Of a stretch of DNA of 64,000 bases, positions 22,173-32,806 are shown piece after piece; the first letter of the stretch is position 1; each line of letters starts with the position of its first letter. The position numbers and the translations under genes were made by a program. The notes below the pieces were generated by a model. That model saw only the letters and a list, made by a program, of their open reading frames with translations. It made no database searches and had not been told where the DNA came from. Source of the DNA: Histomonas meleagridis 2922-C6/04-290x (lineage: Eukaryota; Protista; Parabasalia); NCBI GenBank assembly GCA_020184695.1, contig JAANOX010000238.1, positions 434,001 through 498,000 on the forward strand, in the 5' to 3' direction.

Positions 22173-22759
22173 TTATTCTTCTGGTAAAGCTTTCTTCATT
22201 TCATCAAATGAATCAGAGTTATCTTCATTTTGATGACTTTCTACGTTTGTTCCATATTTATAGATAGCATCACCATAATCTTCATTTTGCCAGAGAATCG
22301 GAAGAGGTTCTGTCGAAATATTATTGGATGGTGTAAGGTCATTACTTTGTAAAAACAAAAACTGGTATGAATCTGAATCTGAATCTGAATACGATGAGTT
22401 TGTATCAAGTTTTTTGATTTCATTTCTTGGTCTCAATTTATCTGTTTGCATATCTAAAACTCGTGCAATTTCTCGTGAAATGGTTTGATCTTCTTTCTTA
22501 AATAAATCCTCAATATTCTGAATTTTACTGACAATTTTTACATTCAATGATATCACCATTTTTTTAATTCCTTGTTTAATTAAAGTTTCATCAGGATTTA
22601 AAACTATTCCATTAAAAAAATAAATAAACCTTTTCATTTTCAAAACAAGAAAAATTGTAATAAATCTGATAATCTTTCTGCTGTACATGATTTATGTATA
22701 AGGACAGGAATGATTGCACCAGGAAGCCATTGGATATTTATCTTTAATTCTCCTTCCAT
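22173..22759 (-). pseudogene. Ubiquitin-like-domain protein, copy 1 (homopolymer frameshifts in the 5' half)
   Basis: Same gene as 39217-39800. MEGELKINI start at 22759, UBL-like LFFNGIVLNPDETLIKQGIK, intact C-terminus ...MKKALPEE. Confidence 0.7.
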
Positions 22760-23119
22760 CTGGCTTTTGTGGGTAACGGTCTATTCTGGACAGATTCTAT
22801 CAAAAATAATCGTATCAATTGAACTTTGAGATGTACGGTTCTTTTCAAATATTCAATTCAAACAAAATCAATCTGACTCTGTCAAATTTGAACAAGTCAG
22901 ATAATCGTTTTGTTCGTATTTCCAACATCTTTATCTCCATAAATAAAAATTAAATGATAAAAAGTAATGCATAAAATGCATACATTTCTGGTATGTTTAT
23001 TAAATAACAAAAAATAATTATAATACAATTTGAATATGAATTTTTAAAAACAAATAATAATCAAAATAATTACTCTTATGATTGAATTTTATATTTTCCA
23101 CATACTCTTCTTTCTTTGT

Positions 23120-23700
23120 TTGAACTTTTAGTTTTAATTTAATGAGTATTTTTATCGGCCGACGCGTAATTTAACTATATTTATATAACCTTTTGAATCC
23201 ATATGCGCTGTACGAAATACTTTAATTAATTTTCTGTTATTATTTTGAAATAGAAAATTAGTAAAATAAATCACAAATAAAATAAATCTCTTTAGCATTA
23301 ATATCAATTCCTTTTTGTTCAAGAAATAATTTAACTATCTTTATCGTTTCTTATTATATTTATTGCTTCATTTGTAATGTAATGTACGAAATATGGATTC
23401 GTGCTTTACAAAAGTATTTATATAATTCATTTGATTCTATTTTTTTTGTCATTTGAAATAAGATGTGCAAAGTCTGGTGTTGATTTGTTTTTACAAATTA
23501 AAGAATCAGAAATATTGTTTTCAATTGAAATCATTTTTTCCAAAAGATAATTTGATTCTTGAGTACCTTCAGATATTAAGCATTTTATAAATATATTAAT
23601 GATTTTGTTATTAATGTAACCAATTTCATTTTCTTTTAATTCCAATTTTTTTAAAAATTCTAAGAATAACTGATCAATTCCTTTTGATATATAAAATGAG
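23120..23700 (-). pseudogene. Degenerate ankyrin-family copy on the minus strand
   Basis: QESNYLLEKMI (family N-terminal motif), then IVKLFLEQKGIDINAKEI, an insert, a 9-nt segment, a 17-nt insert (23212-23228) and TAH...GYINIVKL. Confidence 0.7.
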
Positions 23701-24249
23701 TATATTAAATTACTTATAATTAAATTGTATGAATATGAAAACTTGTGGAAAGTTAGCTAAGAGAGATTCTATGGTATCATCAATGTTTTTATCATTTGAA
23801 TCGAAAATTACTTGCTGTAGGTTCTGCAACATTTGAAGGTTTCCAGTGCATTGCTTTTGGTCGCCCTCAAATATTTGAATTATAATGCATCCCGTTCGAA
23901 GAAAAATGAGCTTTTACAACTGTAGCAACTTCGAAATAAGAAAAATGAAAAATATTTTATTACATTAGCTGCTTTTCTTTCACAAAATAGAATAACTTTA
24001 TTATGAATACAATGGTTTTACCTTATGTATCATGAGCAAAAATCAAGATATGAAATATATTTCATACAAAATTTAATATAAACAAATATGGGTGATGCTT
24101 ATGTAAAAAATGCACAACTTGTGGAGTTCCTAATATTCTGATTTAAACAATATACAGTTGCTCTTTATAGAGAATTTCAGAAATTTATTGGACGTATAAA
24201 GTATTAAAAAAGTTTATTGAAATATTTCTGACGACAAAATTCAGTCAAA

Positions 24250-24453
24250 ATGGATGAGCTGAACTCAGTTGCAAACCTTGTATTCCAGGAGGCAATTAAA
24301 GATAATCAACGCTCCGAATATGCAGTGATTGTCCTTGAAGGTATACTTCATATGTTTCAACCAAACAATAATCAAATCGACAACTCTCAAATTCAAAATA
24401 ATGTTAATACAGATTTCACAAAACCAACAGAAATAATAGGCACTATTCAGTAG
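24250..24453 (+). CDS. Possible small protein, 67 aa
   Basis: ATG ORF preceded by an Inr-like TCAGT, with an amphipathic helical N-terminus. Short, so uncertain. Confidence 0.35.
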   Translation: MDELNSVANLVFQEAIKDNQRSEYAVIVLEGILHMFQPNNNQIDNSQIQNNVNTDFTKPTEIIGTIQ

Positions 24454-24464
24454 GGTAAACACTT

Positions 24465-27176
24465 TTATTCATCATTAAAGAAATTCATAAACAAAATTTT
24501 GATGTTTTGGTAATATGAGAACATTATTGGGTGCTTTGAATCATCCATTTCCAAGAACTCTCTAAAGGCCTCCAAGAAATCTCTTATATTCGCCACCATG
24601 AACAAATATAGTTCTCTTGCCTGAATCTTTGTGATTTCCTTATACCCATTCATATGCGGTATATGGTTTATCACTTTCCTTGCAAAGGGAACAAGCTCTA
24701 GTATCACTCTTGAGTATGGCGGAATCATTGGAGCCTTAATCAATACCTCCAAATTATCAAATGCAGGTTCATGGGAGAACTTAGACGCATCAAATGACAT
24801 TCGAAGGAATGGACAAAGCGCTACTTTCAGGAAACGGAAGAACGGAATCAACGGGTGACGGTTTTTGGGACATAATGCAATTAGGTGAAGAAGAAGGCAA
24901 CGAAGTATATAAATACTTTTGTCATCAATGAGAGAGAATAACGAGTATATAATTGTTAGAAGGTCCAAACCATTTACAATTTCATTATATACAATGTTGC
25001 TAATGAGAATACTAAGCCACTTTGAAGCTGCTGAAACAAAGAGGCTGAGAAGAGAAATCGTATATCGTGTCTTACAAGTGAAAAGTTGTGAAAATGGAAC
25101 AAGTGAAATTTCGGCATTGATTATTGAACGCACAAAGAAGTCAAGTCTACCATTCGACAAGAGTATGTTGAATATCATATTCCCTTTTTCAAAACCGATT
25201 TTTTGATGGTTAAGAAGGGTTACAGTGAAAAGAATATATGGTGAAATAATACATTCAATCATCTGATTTTCGATACTTATCGAAGGTGTTATTGATGACA
25301 ATGTGAACAAGAACAAATCTAAGATCGATGTATTTTCAGATGTTGACGTGTCATTAATTTGACGAACCCAAACGGCCGCGCAGCTATCGTTTTCGGCCAC
25401 AAAAGTGCCAACCGTCCTATCGTCTTCATAAAGTTTGAATGAAGTTGAGTCGACCATTGATGCGTGAGTCCGAAGGGATAAGTTGATTTCTTTGGTGTCA
25501 AAGACAAATTTTCCAGATGCTAGTATGTAAGCATATGTAAAACTTTTCTTTCCTTTCTTTCTTAAGTTACATGCAAATATTGGTACATCATTAAATATCT
25601 TAAAAGGATAAAAAATCCGTCGCTTTTGTCTTTTGACAGCTGTAGCATATAAGAACCTTAGTTTCTCTCTTATGGTTGGCTTTGATTCAAGTTCATTAAA
25701 CTCATTCGGAAAAAGTATAGTATTAAGATTAGTATCTTCGAAATTAACAGGGAAGAAGTCAGGAGAGACAAATGGGAAATCTTTCAGCTCAGTTTGACTC
25801 TCGCCAAACGCATTCTTGTTAGGAAGGGAATAAACGGTCTTCGTATCGGATAACGGTATCCGCCAGAAACGGTCGCCAAAGACCACTTCCATTTCGGGCG
25901 ACTTGTCGCGCTCCTTCTCTGTGTCTACGAGGTCGAGAAGGGGATTTTGGGGAAGGGCACTTATCAGGCTTTCCATAGTCTCGAGTGAAGTAAGGTCAAG
26001 TTTTATTGTTTGATTTAATAAATTTTGATATGTTAAATAAGGGACATAAGAAACAGGCAGAGATTCTTGTGGCTTTAGGTTGTTAGGAGAAAATAGTTTA
26101 AGATAATCAACGCGAGTATTTGGAATCGTTATTGAAGAGGAAATAGAATCTCCTGTCTCAGATCCATCCCAAAGAACAGAAAATGGCTCTTTGAGCATAT
26201 CTTGTGAGATAAAATTGGAATTTTGGAAGAATAAATTGGGATTAAATTGTTTGGTGATAACTGGTGAGATAGTACTAGAACGATGCTTGTTGGGTTGAAC
26301 AGTTACAGTGTTGCTCTTACGCCTTTCTTTTTGTGGGTTTTCATCTACATGAATATGATGAGATCGATGTCGATGTGATGCCTTTGATGCAGCAAATTCG
26401 AGGAGCTTTGTGTTAAGATGGCAAGGGCATAATGGTTTTTCTTGGTTTTGTTCAGTTATTATTGGAAATGACAAATCTGAATAATCAATATCATTATTAT
26501 CAAGATCATCATCGAATTTTTCTTCAAGGCAAGAGCCAGGGGTGATCTGTAGTGGCGATGGTTTACAATGGAAATCGATTGATATTCTGTTTTGCATTGT
26601 GATATCAAATATTTCATATAATTCTTGATAGCGATCTTGCTTGTTAATAGATGGCATTGCACGTGGCTTTTGTCTGACGACCCTAGTTTCGCTTACTGCT
26701 GGTGGCTCTCCTGTTATACTTTGAAGTGCATGATGTGATAAAGTTCGCTTTTTTGGTTTTAAGGGAGCTTGATTTGTAGGAACTTGAGTTGCATTTTGGA
26801 TTACAATAGTTTTTGTCTTCTGATCTTGAAATGAATTATTTGATGATGAAATTTTAAATGATCGAATCGTTGAAGCCCTTTCTCTACCAGGGTTTATTCT
26901 GTTAAATTGTTTAGGAACTTTAGGGATTTCAGGTTTATTTCTAAAATTTCCAGGTGTTCTTGTAATTTGAACCAAATCATCCTGATCTGAGTTTGGCTCA
27001 TATCCCGTTATCATAAAGCCTCTTGAAGGAGGTCTGGTGAAATGACAAGTGCTTATTGTTCCTGATCTTCCTTTTCTTTGTACGGGCTTTTTTTGAATCT
27101 CCGGTGATGGAGGTGCCTGGAGTTTCCTACCAACAGGAATTGGTGCCTTTGCTCTTTTTGGCGAGTTTTCCTCCAT
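24465..27176 (-). CDS. 903-aa protein: disordered basic N-terminus, PH-like domain, possible degenerate RasGAP-like helical domain
   Basis: FACNLRKKGKK...FVAENDSCAAVWVRQIN is PH-like. DFFVRSIINAEI...QLFTCKT loosely resembles RasGAP LFRxNS. Confidence 0.7.
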   Translation of the reverse strand: MEENSPKRAKAPIPVGRKLQAPPSPEIQKKPVQRKGRSGTISTCHFTRPPSRGFMITGYEPNSDQDDLVQITRTPGNFRNKPEIPKVPKQFNRINPGRERASTIRSFKISSSNNSFQDQKTKTIVIQNATQVPTNQAPLKPKKRTLSHHALQSITGEPPAVSETRVVRQKPRAMPSINKQDRYQELYEIFDITMQNRISIDFHCKPSPLQITPGSCLEEKFDDDLDNNDIDYSDLSFPIITEQNQEKPLCPCHLNTKLLEFAASKASHRHRSHHIHVDENPQKERRKSNTVTVQPNKHRSSTISPVITKQFNPNLFFQNSNFISQDMLKEPFSVLWDGSETGDSISSSITIPNTRVDYLKLFSPNNLKPQESLPVSYVPYLTYQNLLNQTIKLDLTSLETMESLISALPQNPLLDLVDTEKERDKSPEMEVVFGDRFWRIPLSDTKTVYSLPNKNAFGESQTELKDFPFVSPDFFPVNFEDTNLNTILFPNEFNELESKPTIREKLRFLYATAVKRQKRRIFYPFKIFNDVPIFACNLRKKGKKSFTYAYILASGKFVFDTKEINLSLRTHASMVDSTSFKLYEDDRTVGTFVAENDSCAAVWVRQINDTSTSENTSILDLFLFTLSSITPSISIENQMIECIISPYILFTVTLLNHQKIGFEKGNMIFNILLSNGRLDFFVRSIINAEISLVPFSQLFTCKTRYTISLLSLFVSAASKWLSILISNIVYNEIVNGLDLLTIIYSLFSLIDDKSIYILRCLLLHLIALCPKNRHPLIPFFRFLKVALCPFLRMSFDASKFSHEPAFDNLEVLIKAPMIPPYSRVILELVPFARKVINHIPHMNGYKEITKIQARELYLFMVANIRDFLEAFREFLEMDDSKHPIMFSYYQNIKILFMNFFNDE

Positions 27177-27649
27177 CTACTTTCCTGAACTCAATAATAG
27201 CACTTTTTTAACTTTTTGTGCGCGATAATTGAATGAATAAGAAATTGAAATTCCAGTTTTTCATTCAAAATATTTTCTTCTTGTCATCCCTATAAAAACA
27301 ATTTATAAAAATGGTTCTTTTTATTTTGAAGAACAAAATTTGTAAAAAAGAAATTGGTCATTTTATAACAGATATTTTTTAAATAAAATACTTCTTTATA
27401 TAGAAAAACTTGATCGATTGATAATTAGTAAACTTCAAATTAAAAATAAAAAAATAATACAAACATCATGAAAATCATTTTTAAAGTGTAGAAACAATAA
27501 CTAGTTTAATATGTTAATCAATATTTAAAAATTAGATAATTTTTACCTTATATATAAATATTTATATGATTTCCAAAATGCTTAGTGAATGGTCTTAAGA
27601 ATAATTATTTAATTTATTTAAATTTCTTTGATAAAATCATAAAACAAAA

Positions 27650-28636
27650 ATGTCTTTTTGGTGGGAACAATTCCTTAAAAATCAAGAAGCAATTTTTTCG
27701 TTGCCTGATAATGAACTCGAAAGCATGTGCTACTCATCTTCAAAAGAACTCGAAAAAATGGAAGAACAAAAGAAAAATCTTCAACAATTAATCAAAACTC
27801 TTTCATTAAAATACTGCGATTCAATAGAAGAAACTCAGAGTTCAGATACTATACCATTAGGAAAGCGTTACAAAGAGCTTACAATAACCATTGAAAATCT
27901 GAAATATGACATTTGTTATCTTGAAAATGAAATTAATGCCAAAGAAATCCTTGTTTCACAGCTTACAAATACCAAAGATAGCAACAAACGCAAACCTAAT
28001 CTTTCCAAATTATTTTCAAAAATTTCATCAATTGCTTTATCAACAACAAATGAAGAAGAAAGAAACAATTGTATTTTATCCATTGATTTTCTTTCTGGGA
28101 ACACTAAATTTCTTGCTTCTATGGTTCAAAAAAATAATTCATATTTCCAAAAAGCAAGTAAAGAATTAAGTTATTCCACAGCCTTACTGAATTCGCAGTT
28201 CGCGAATATCATGACAGAAATCAGTAGTTTGAATAAAATCCTTGAAAATACAAAACAAAAAAATGAAGATCTTCATCAAAAAATTCCAAAAATGAAAGCG
28301 CAATTACAAGCTGAAATAAAACAATTTGGTGACACACAAACCAAACAATTTGAATCTGAAAAAATTGTGGCGAAATTAACAACGAAAAGAGATAAGTTAT
28401 TAAATCAAATTACTGATTTAAGTTCGAAATTAATTTCTAAATTAAATACAAAAAATGAAATAAATGAAAAAGAAATCGATGAAATTTCTCAACTTAAACA
28501 AAAGAAACTTGAATTAAAAATGATGAAAAATGAAATTATTCAGCAAAATAAAGTTTTGGAATCACAAATCGAAAGTATTGAAGATGAAATAAAAGAGATA
28601 AAAGAAAGTAACAAAACAAAGAAAAGAAAATCATAG
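27650..28636 (+). CDS. Coiled-coil protein, 328 aa
   Basis: Long ATG ORF with heptad composition and a basic C-terminal tail. Confidence 0.8.
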   Translation: MSFWWEQFLKNQEAIFSLPDNELESMCYSSSKELEKMEEQKKNLQQLIKTLSLKYCDSIEETQSSDTIPLGKRYKELTITIENLKYDICYLENEINAKEILVSQLTNTKDSNKRKPNLSKLFSKISSIALSTTNEEERNNCILSIDFLSGNTKFLASMVQKNNSYFQKASKELSYSTALLNSQFANIMTEISSLNKILENTKQKNEDLHQKIPKMKAQLQAEIKQFGDTQTKQFESEKIVAKLTTKRDKLLNQITDLSSKLISKLNTKNEINEKEIDEISQLKQKKLELKMMKNEIIQQNKVLESQIESIEDEIKEIKESNKTKKRKS

Positions 28637-28899
28637 AACAGATAAATTCCATTTAAATAATAAAAATGTTTCTTCGTTTTACTGTTTATTGTACAAACGA
28701 TAGACAAATTAAATGATCAGAAACTGTTTTCCACAGAAAAAATTATCGTAGTTCTGAAATTCCTATCGTAAAATGTTTTGATTCCTGTTGTGCAAAACGA
28801 TCAAATTCGATTGAATATTCGTTCAAAAAGTTCTATCGTACTCCTTGTTGAAAAAAGAAATAATAAAAAACCAGCAACACATATAGTTAATGTGATATT

Positions 28900-29427
28900 T
28901 TAGAAACCGCAAACTGTGGGGCGTTTGCTGGAGAAGATCTTCTTTTGTGATGGATGTGTTGGACGAATTGGTTTCTTAAGGATTGGGAACTTGACGCTAG
29001 GGTTAAGGAACATGCGGAGGTTGTGATGGACAACATCTTCATCTTTGATTTCGCTAACACGAATGATGGAGATATTCTTGGCTTGAACATTATGAGTACC
29101 GGCCATTTCTTGGTAGAGACGAAGGACAGCTCCCTCTGTAGTTGTATCACGGAATTCCTTATAAATGTTATTGATAGAATTTGTTGCACGATATGTTAAC
29201 CAAATACCGTAATTCTTAACGCGTTCTGGTTCTGGTTCAATAACATGCTTGACTGCAAGGATTTCACCATGAGACTTCTTAAGACGAGCAATACGACGGG
29301 CAACTCCCCAGAACTTTGATTTTGCTATAACTTCATCAGGAGCGAAGACTTGGACGCGGATAGCAGCTGGGTTTGGAACAGCTTCAGTTGGGAGAGGGCG
29401 TGCAATGACTTCGAAGTTCTTTAGCAT
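28900..29427 (-). CDS. RPL18A: 60S ribosomal protein L18a (eL20), 175 aa
   Basis: FAPDEVIAKSKFW, GEILAV, VKNYGIWLTY...NIYKEFRDTTTEGAV..LYQEMAGTH. High-expression codon bias. Confidence 0.95.
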   Translation of the reverse strand: MLKNFEVIARPLPTEAVPNPAAIRVQVFAPDEVIAKSKFWGVARRIARLKKSHGEILAVKHVIEPEPERVKNYGIWLTYRATNSINNIYKEFRDTTTEGAVLRLYQEMAGTHNVQAKNISIIRVSEIKDEDVVHHNLRMFLNPSVKFPILKKPIRPTHPSQKKIFSSKRPTVCGF

Positions 29428-29433
29428 ATTGGA

Positions 29434-29452
29434 AAAGGAAGGCCAAACCGCT
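29434..29452 (-). promoter_or_regulatory. M3 (AGCGGTTT) plus M5 (CCTTT) core promoter of RPL18A
   Basis: The minus strand reads AAAAGCGGTTTGGCCTTCCTTTTCCAAT-ATG, matching trichomonad M3/M5 motifs known from ribosomal protein genes. Confidence 0.7.
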
Positions 29453-29509
29453 TTTTGCATTGAAAACAACAACATTTCATATCACATGTCGTATCATTGT
29501 ACAAAAAAT

Positions 29510-29887
29510 TTACATTTCATCTTCTGAATCATCAATAGGTTCTTTAGGTGGTTGATATTCTGTATGTTCAGAATTAAGGATTTTTTGAACGAATGAAATA
29601 TGATCACATGTATTTCCATAACCATCACATCTTAAATCTTGAATTTTTTTCTTTTTTTGATTTTTTAGTTCATCAAAATATTCTGTTTTTATAATTTCTG
29701 ATATTGATTTTATTTTTATGTCATTTAATATATTAATTATATCAATTGGTGTTAATGCTTTTTGATTTGTTTTCACTATCATTTGGAAAAGATAATTCAT
29801 TATGTCGATAAGTATTTCACGTGTTTCTTCTTTAAATTCTCCTTTCTTATTGATCATTATCGACCATTGTTTACTTAATTCTTCCAT
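29510..29887 (-). CDS. Hypothetical protein, 125 aa
   Basis: ATG ORF. A frameshifted duplicate of its 5' part lies immediately upstream. Confidence 0.55.
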   Translation of the reverse strand: MEELSKQWSIMINKKGEFKEETREILIDIMNYLFQMIVKTNQKALTPIDIINILNDIKIKSISEIIKTEYFDELKNQKKKKIQDLRCDGYGNTCDHISFVQKILNSEHTEYQPPKEPIDDSEDEM

Positions 29888-30241
29888 CCAAACAAATATT
29901 TTATAATTTTTTATCTTTTGAAAATATAAAAAAAATTCGTTTATTCAAAATCAAAATTTGTTTTTATAACTTCTGATACTGATTTAATTTTTATATCATT
30001 TAATATATTAATTATATCGATTGGTGTTAATGCTTTTTGATTTGTTTTCACTATCATTTGGAAAAGATAATTCATTATGTCGTAAGTATTTCACGTGTTT
30101 CTTCTTTAAATTCTCCTTTCTTATTGATCTTTTCAGCCATTGTTTACTTAATTCTTCCATCCAAACAAATATTTTATAATTTTTTATCTTTTGAAAATAT
30201 AAAAAAAAAAGTTTGTTTATTCAAAATCAAAATCTGTTTTT
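29684..30241. repeat. Tandem duplication, two units of about 275 bp
   Basis: Units 29684-29958 and 29959-30234 share sequence. TGTTTTT marks all three boundaries (29684, 29959, 30235). Confidence 0.85.
29941..30160 (-). pseudogene. Truncated, frameshifted copy of the 125-aa gene
   Basis: MEELSKQW start at 30160, two 1-nt deletions, ending ...SVSEVIKTNFDFE-stop. Confidence 0.7.
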
Positions 30242-32437
30242 GACTCCGAATTATTATTAAAACAATTAATTTCCGCAAATTTTTTGGGTGACAAACTACT
30301 TCTTGGTACCATTCTATGTTTTCTTCTTTGGAACTGATTTTCTTCCAAATCCTTTAACAAGTTTTCTGGCACGTCGATTGACAAATGTTTTCTTTTTCTT
30401 ATATCCAATGCGTCTTTATTTGTTTTATCTTCCAATTGTTTAATTCCTACGCTTTCGAACAGTTTTAAGTCATCTACGTCATTATAATTATCATCATAAT
30501 CCAATTGTATATCTTCCAAAATATCTTCGTCGATTTCGTCGACGATATTTTGGTTCGGCGGAATAAAATATGAAGTATCGAATCTGTCCTTTAACTCTGG
30601 TATAAAAGGTAATTCGAGTTCTTCCATTTTATCCCAACGAATACTTTCGAACCATTTATGGCTCTTAATTTCGTCGATTGACTTTGATCCGATTCTTTTA
30701 TTCGGATCCAAACATAATAATTTATGTATTAGATCTTGAACTTCATCCGAAAACTCCGAAAGGTTTTCTTCGTTATAATGACCTTTTAAAGTCTTTTGGA
30801 ATATTTCCGTCGATGAATCGCCTGGAAATGGTGGCTCACCTACTAAGAACTCATATAAAATTGATCCTAATGACCAATAATCGGCAGTGAATGTATGCGA
30901 TTGCCCTAATATCATTTCAGGCGCTGCATAACCTGGAGTACCGACAAATGTATTATTAGTTGTAATCGATCGATCGACCATACCATAATATGATAACCCG
31001 AAGTCGATTAACTTTAAATGTCCTGTCGAGTCGATTAATATATTATTTGGTTTTAAGTCTCGATGAATTATTTTGTTCTCGCGGAGAAATTGTAACGCCA
31101 TTACAATTTGCGCAGTATAAATACGTGAAGTTTCTTCATCAAATGCAGAGACTAAATTTAATAATGAAAATAAATCGCCGCCTGGTAAATATTCCATTAC
31201 TAAATAAAAGTTATGCTCAGATATTATCGAATAGACTATGTGTTAGAATAAAAAACATACAGAATTTGGTCATGTATGGAGAATCAGTCTTCAAAAGAAT
31301 ATCTCGTTCAACTAATGTTCGTTGGACTTCATTCTTTTGTCTTAACAATGTTTTAGGGATAACTTTAATTGCATAGATGTCTTCAGTCGGGATTTTCTTG
31401 GATAAGAAAACGCGAGCAAATGCGCCGTATGATATCATCTTAAGAAATTGGAACTGTGATATCTTAGGCTGATTAATTTTTGGTAAATCTTTGGATAAAC
31501 TTGTCCGTCGTACAATGGATATCGCTCGTGAATAATTAAAAGCAGTGTTAAACTTTTCGCTTACAAGAGTGTTCGCTTTCTTAATGATGTCCGTGGCTTC
31601 TTGATTATTACGAACAGTGATAGGGATTAACGCTTCGGAGATTAAATCGATTTCTTCTGTAGCAAATTCGGACGATGTGTTGATTGAAATGGTTCGATCA
31701 ATTAATTCAAGGGTATGAAGAATGGGAAATATAACATTGACAGAATACATTTCATTGCCAGGCCACGGGCGGCGTTTGAGTATCGTTTGACGTGCATGAT
31801 CGGAAAGTTTTGATAATCGTTCATCTATTGATATCATTGTTTGTGACGATTCAAAGGCAAGTACACAATTCTTGGAATGAGTCTCAATTAATGAAAGTGG
31901 TACTTGCTTCTCACATATACGACAAACAATGTAATCTGAAGTTGATGAGGTATCTTGATCAATATTAATTTCTTTATCAAAGGAACTAGAGGTAGAAAAG
32001 TCAGGCCTGTCTTGTGAAATATCGTTGTTTTGATTTGGTAAGGTTAATTCATGATAATATGATAAATATGAAAAAATTTTGACAATGGCTAGAAGTGAAA
32101 AAAGCAAAAAATAACCTATCTTATCAAGTTGTGTAGTTTTGGTTTCAGCTAAACATAGTTTAAGAGATTGAATTGAATCATTGGAAACTTGTTTAAGACA
32201 TTCAAAGTCTGAATTTAATATATTTTTTATAACATCGTTAATAGTATTATATGCATCTTTGTCAGGCATGTCATCAGGTAAAGAATTAACTTGCTTTTGG
32301 ATTTCTTTGATAACTGTACGTTGTGCTCGAAGACCTAGATATTCACGAGGATAAAGATTCTCACTGTACCTAAAATTTTGCAGTGCAGGAGGAGTGATAG
32401 TGCCACTATTATGCGAGCTAATGCATTTCGGAATCAT
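30217..32437 (-). CDS. AGC-family Ser/Thr kinase (Greatwall/IRE/MAST-like) with an N-terminal zinc-finger-like motif; two exons, join 32437-31261 and 31235-30217
   Basis: CRICEKQ...ETHSKNC, then ISYGAFARV, YAIK, HRDLKPNN, DFG and GTPGYAAPE. Splicing gives TKF|FYSIISEHNFYLVMEYLPGGD. Confidence 0.9.
31236..31260 (-). other. 25-nt spliceosomal intron
   Basis: GTATGTTTTTTATTCTAACACATAG has a GT 5' end, a TCTAAC branch motif and an AG 3' end. Removal fuses the two kinase ORFs in frame. Confidence 0.92.
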
Positions 32438-32806
32438 TTGGCACCGATTTTTATCGTTTTAAACTCGACACATAACGTTCAAATTCACCTTTGAAAAAGT
32501 TCAAAAAAATTGTGGAAAAATTGGTTTCTAAACGCGTTAAAAGATAAAATTTTAGCTAAAATAGAAATGATCAAATAACATTATCAATATCATAATAAGT
32601 TATGTATTAGAGAATAATTTATGAATTTATTTTGTTGATTAATTTCACAAATTAAAAATATTAAAATGAATTTAGATTAAAAACCTAGCAATATTATAAT
32701 TATTTATCACATAAAAATCAAAGGTTTTGGTTAATGATGAAATGTTTTCTTTGTTTATTTTTTCATCGAGAAATGTGATATGAAAACAACCGTTTAATAA
32801 TTCCAA

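Larger units (their letters stand above)
19422..22882 (+). repeat. Segmental duplication, copy 1 (about 3.45 kb direct repeat of 36496-39922)
   Basis: Near-identical sequence from ATTATGAAGAACTATCAAAG to TGACTCTGTCAAATTTGAA. Differences are mostly homopolymer lengths. Confidence 0.95.

Noticed and set aside
28887-29199. Overlapping short ORFs in RPL18A (and similarly 54857-55766 in RPSA)
   Set aside because: They are alternative-frame or antisense ORFs arising from the biased codon usage of highly expressed genes.
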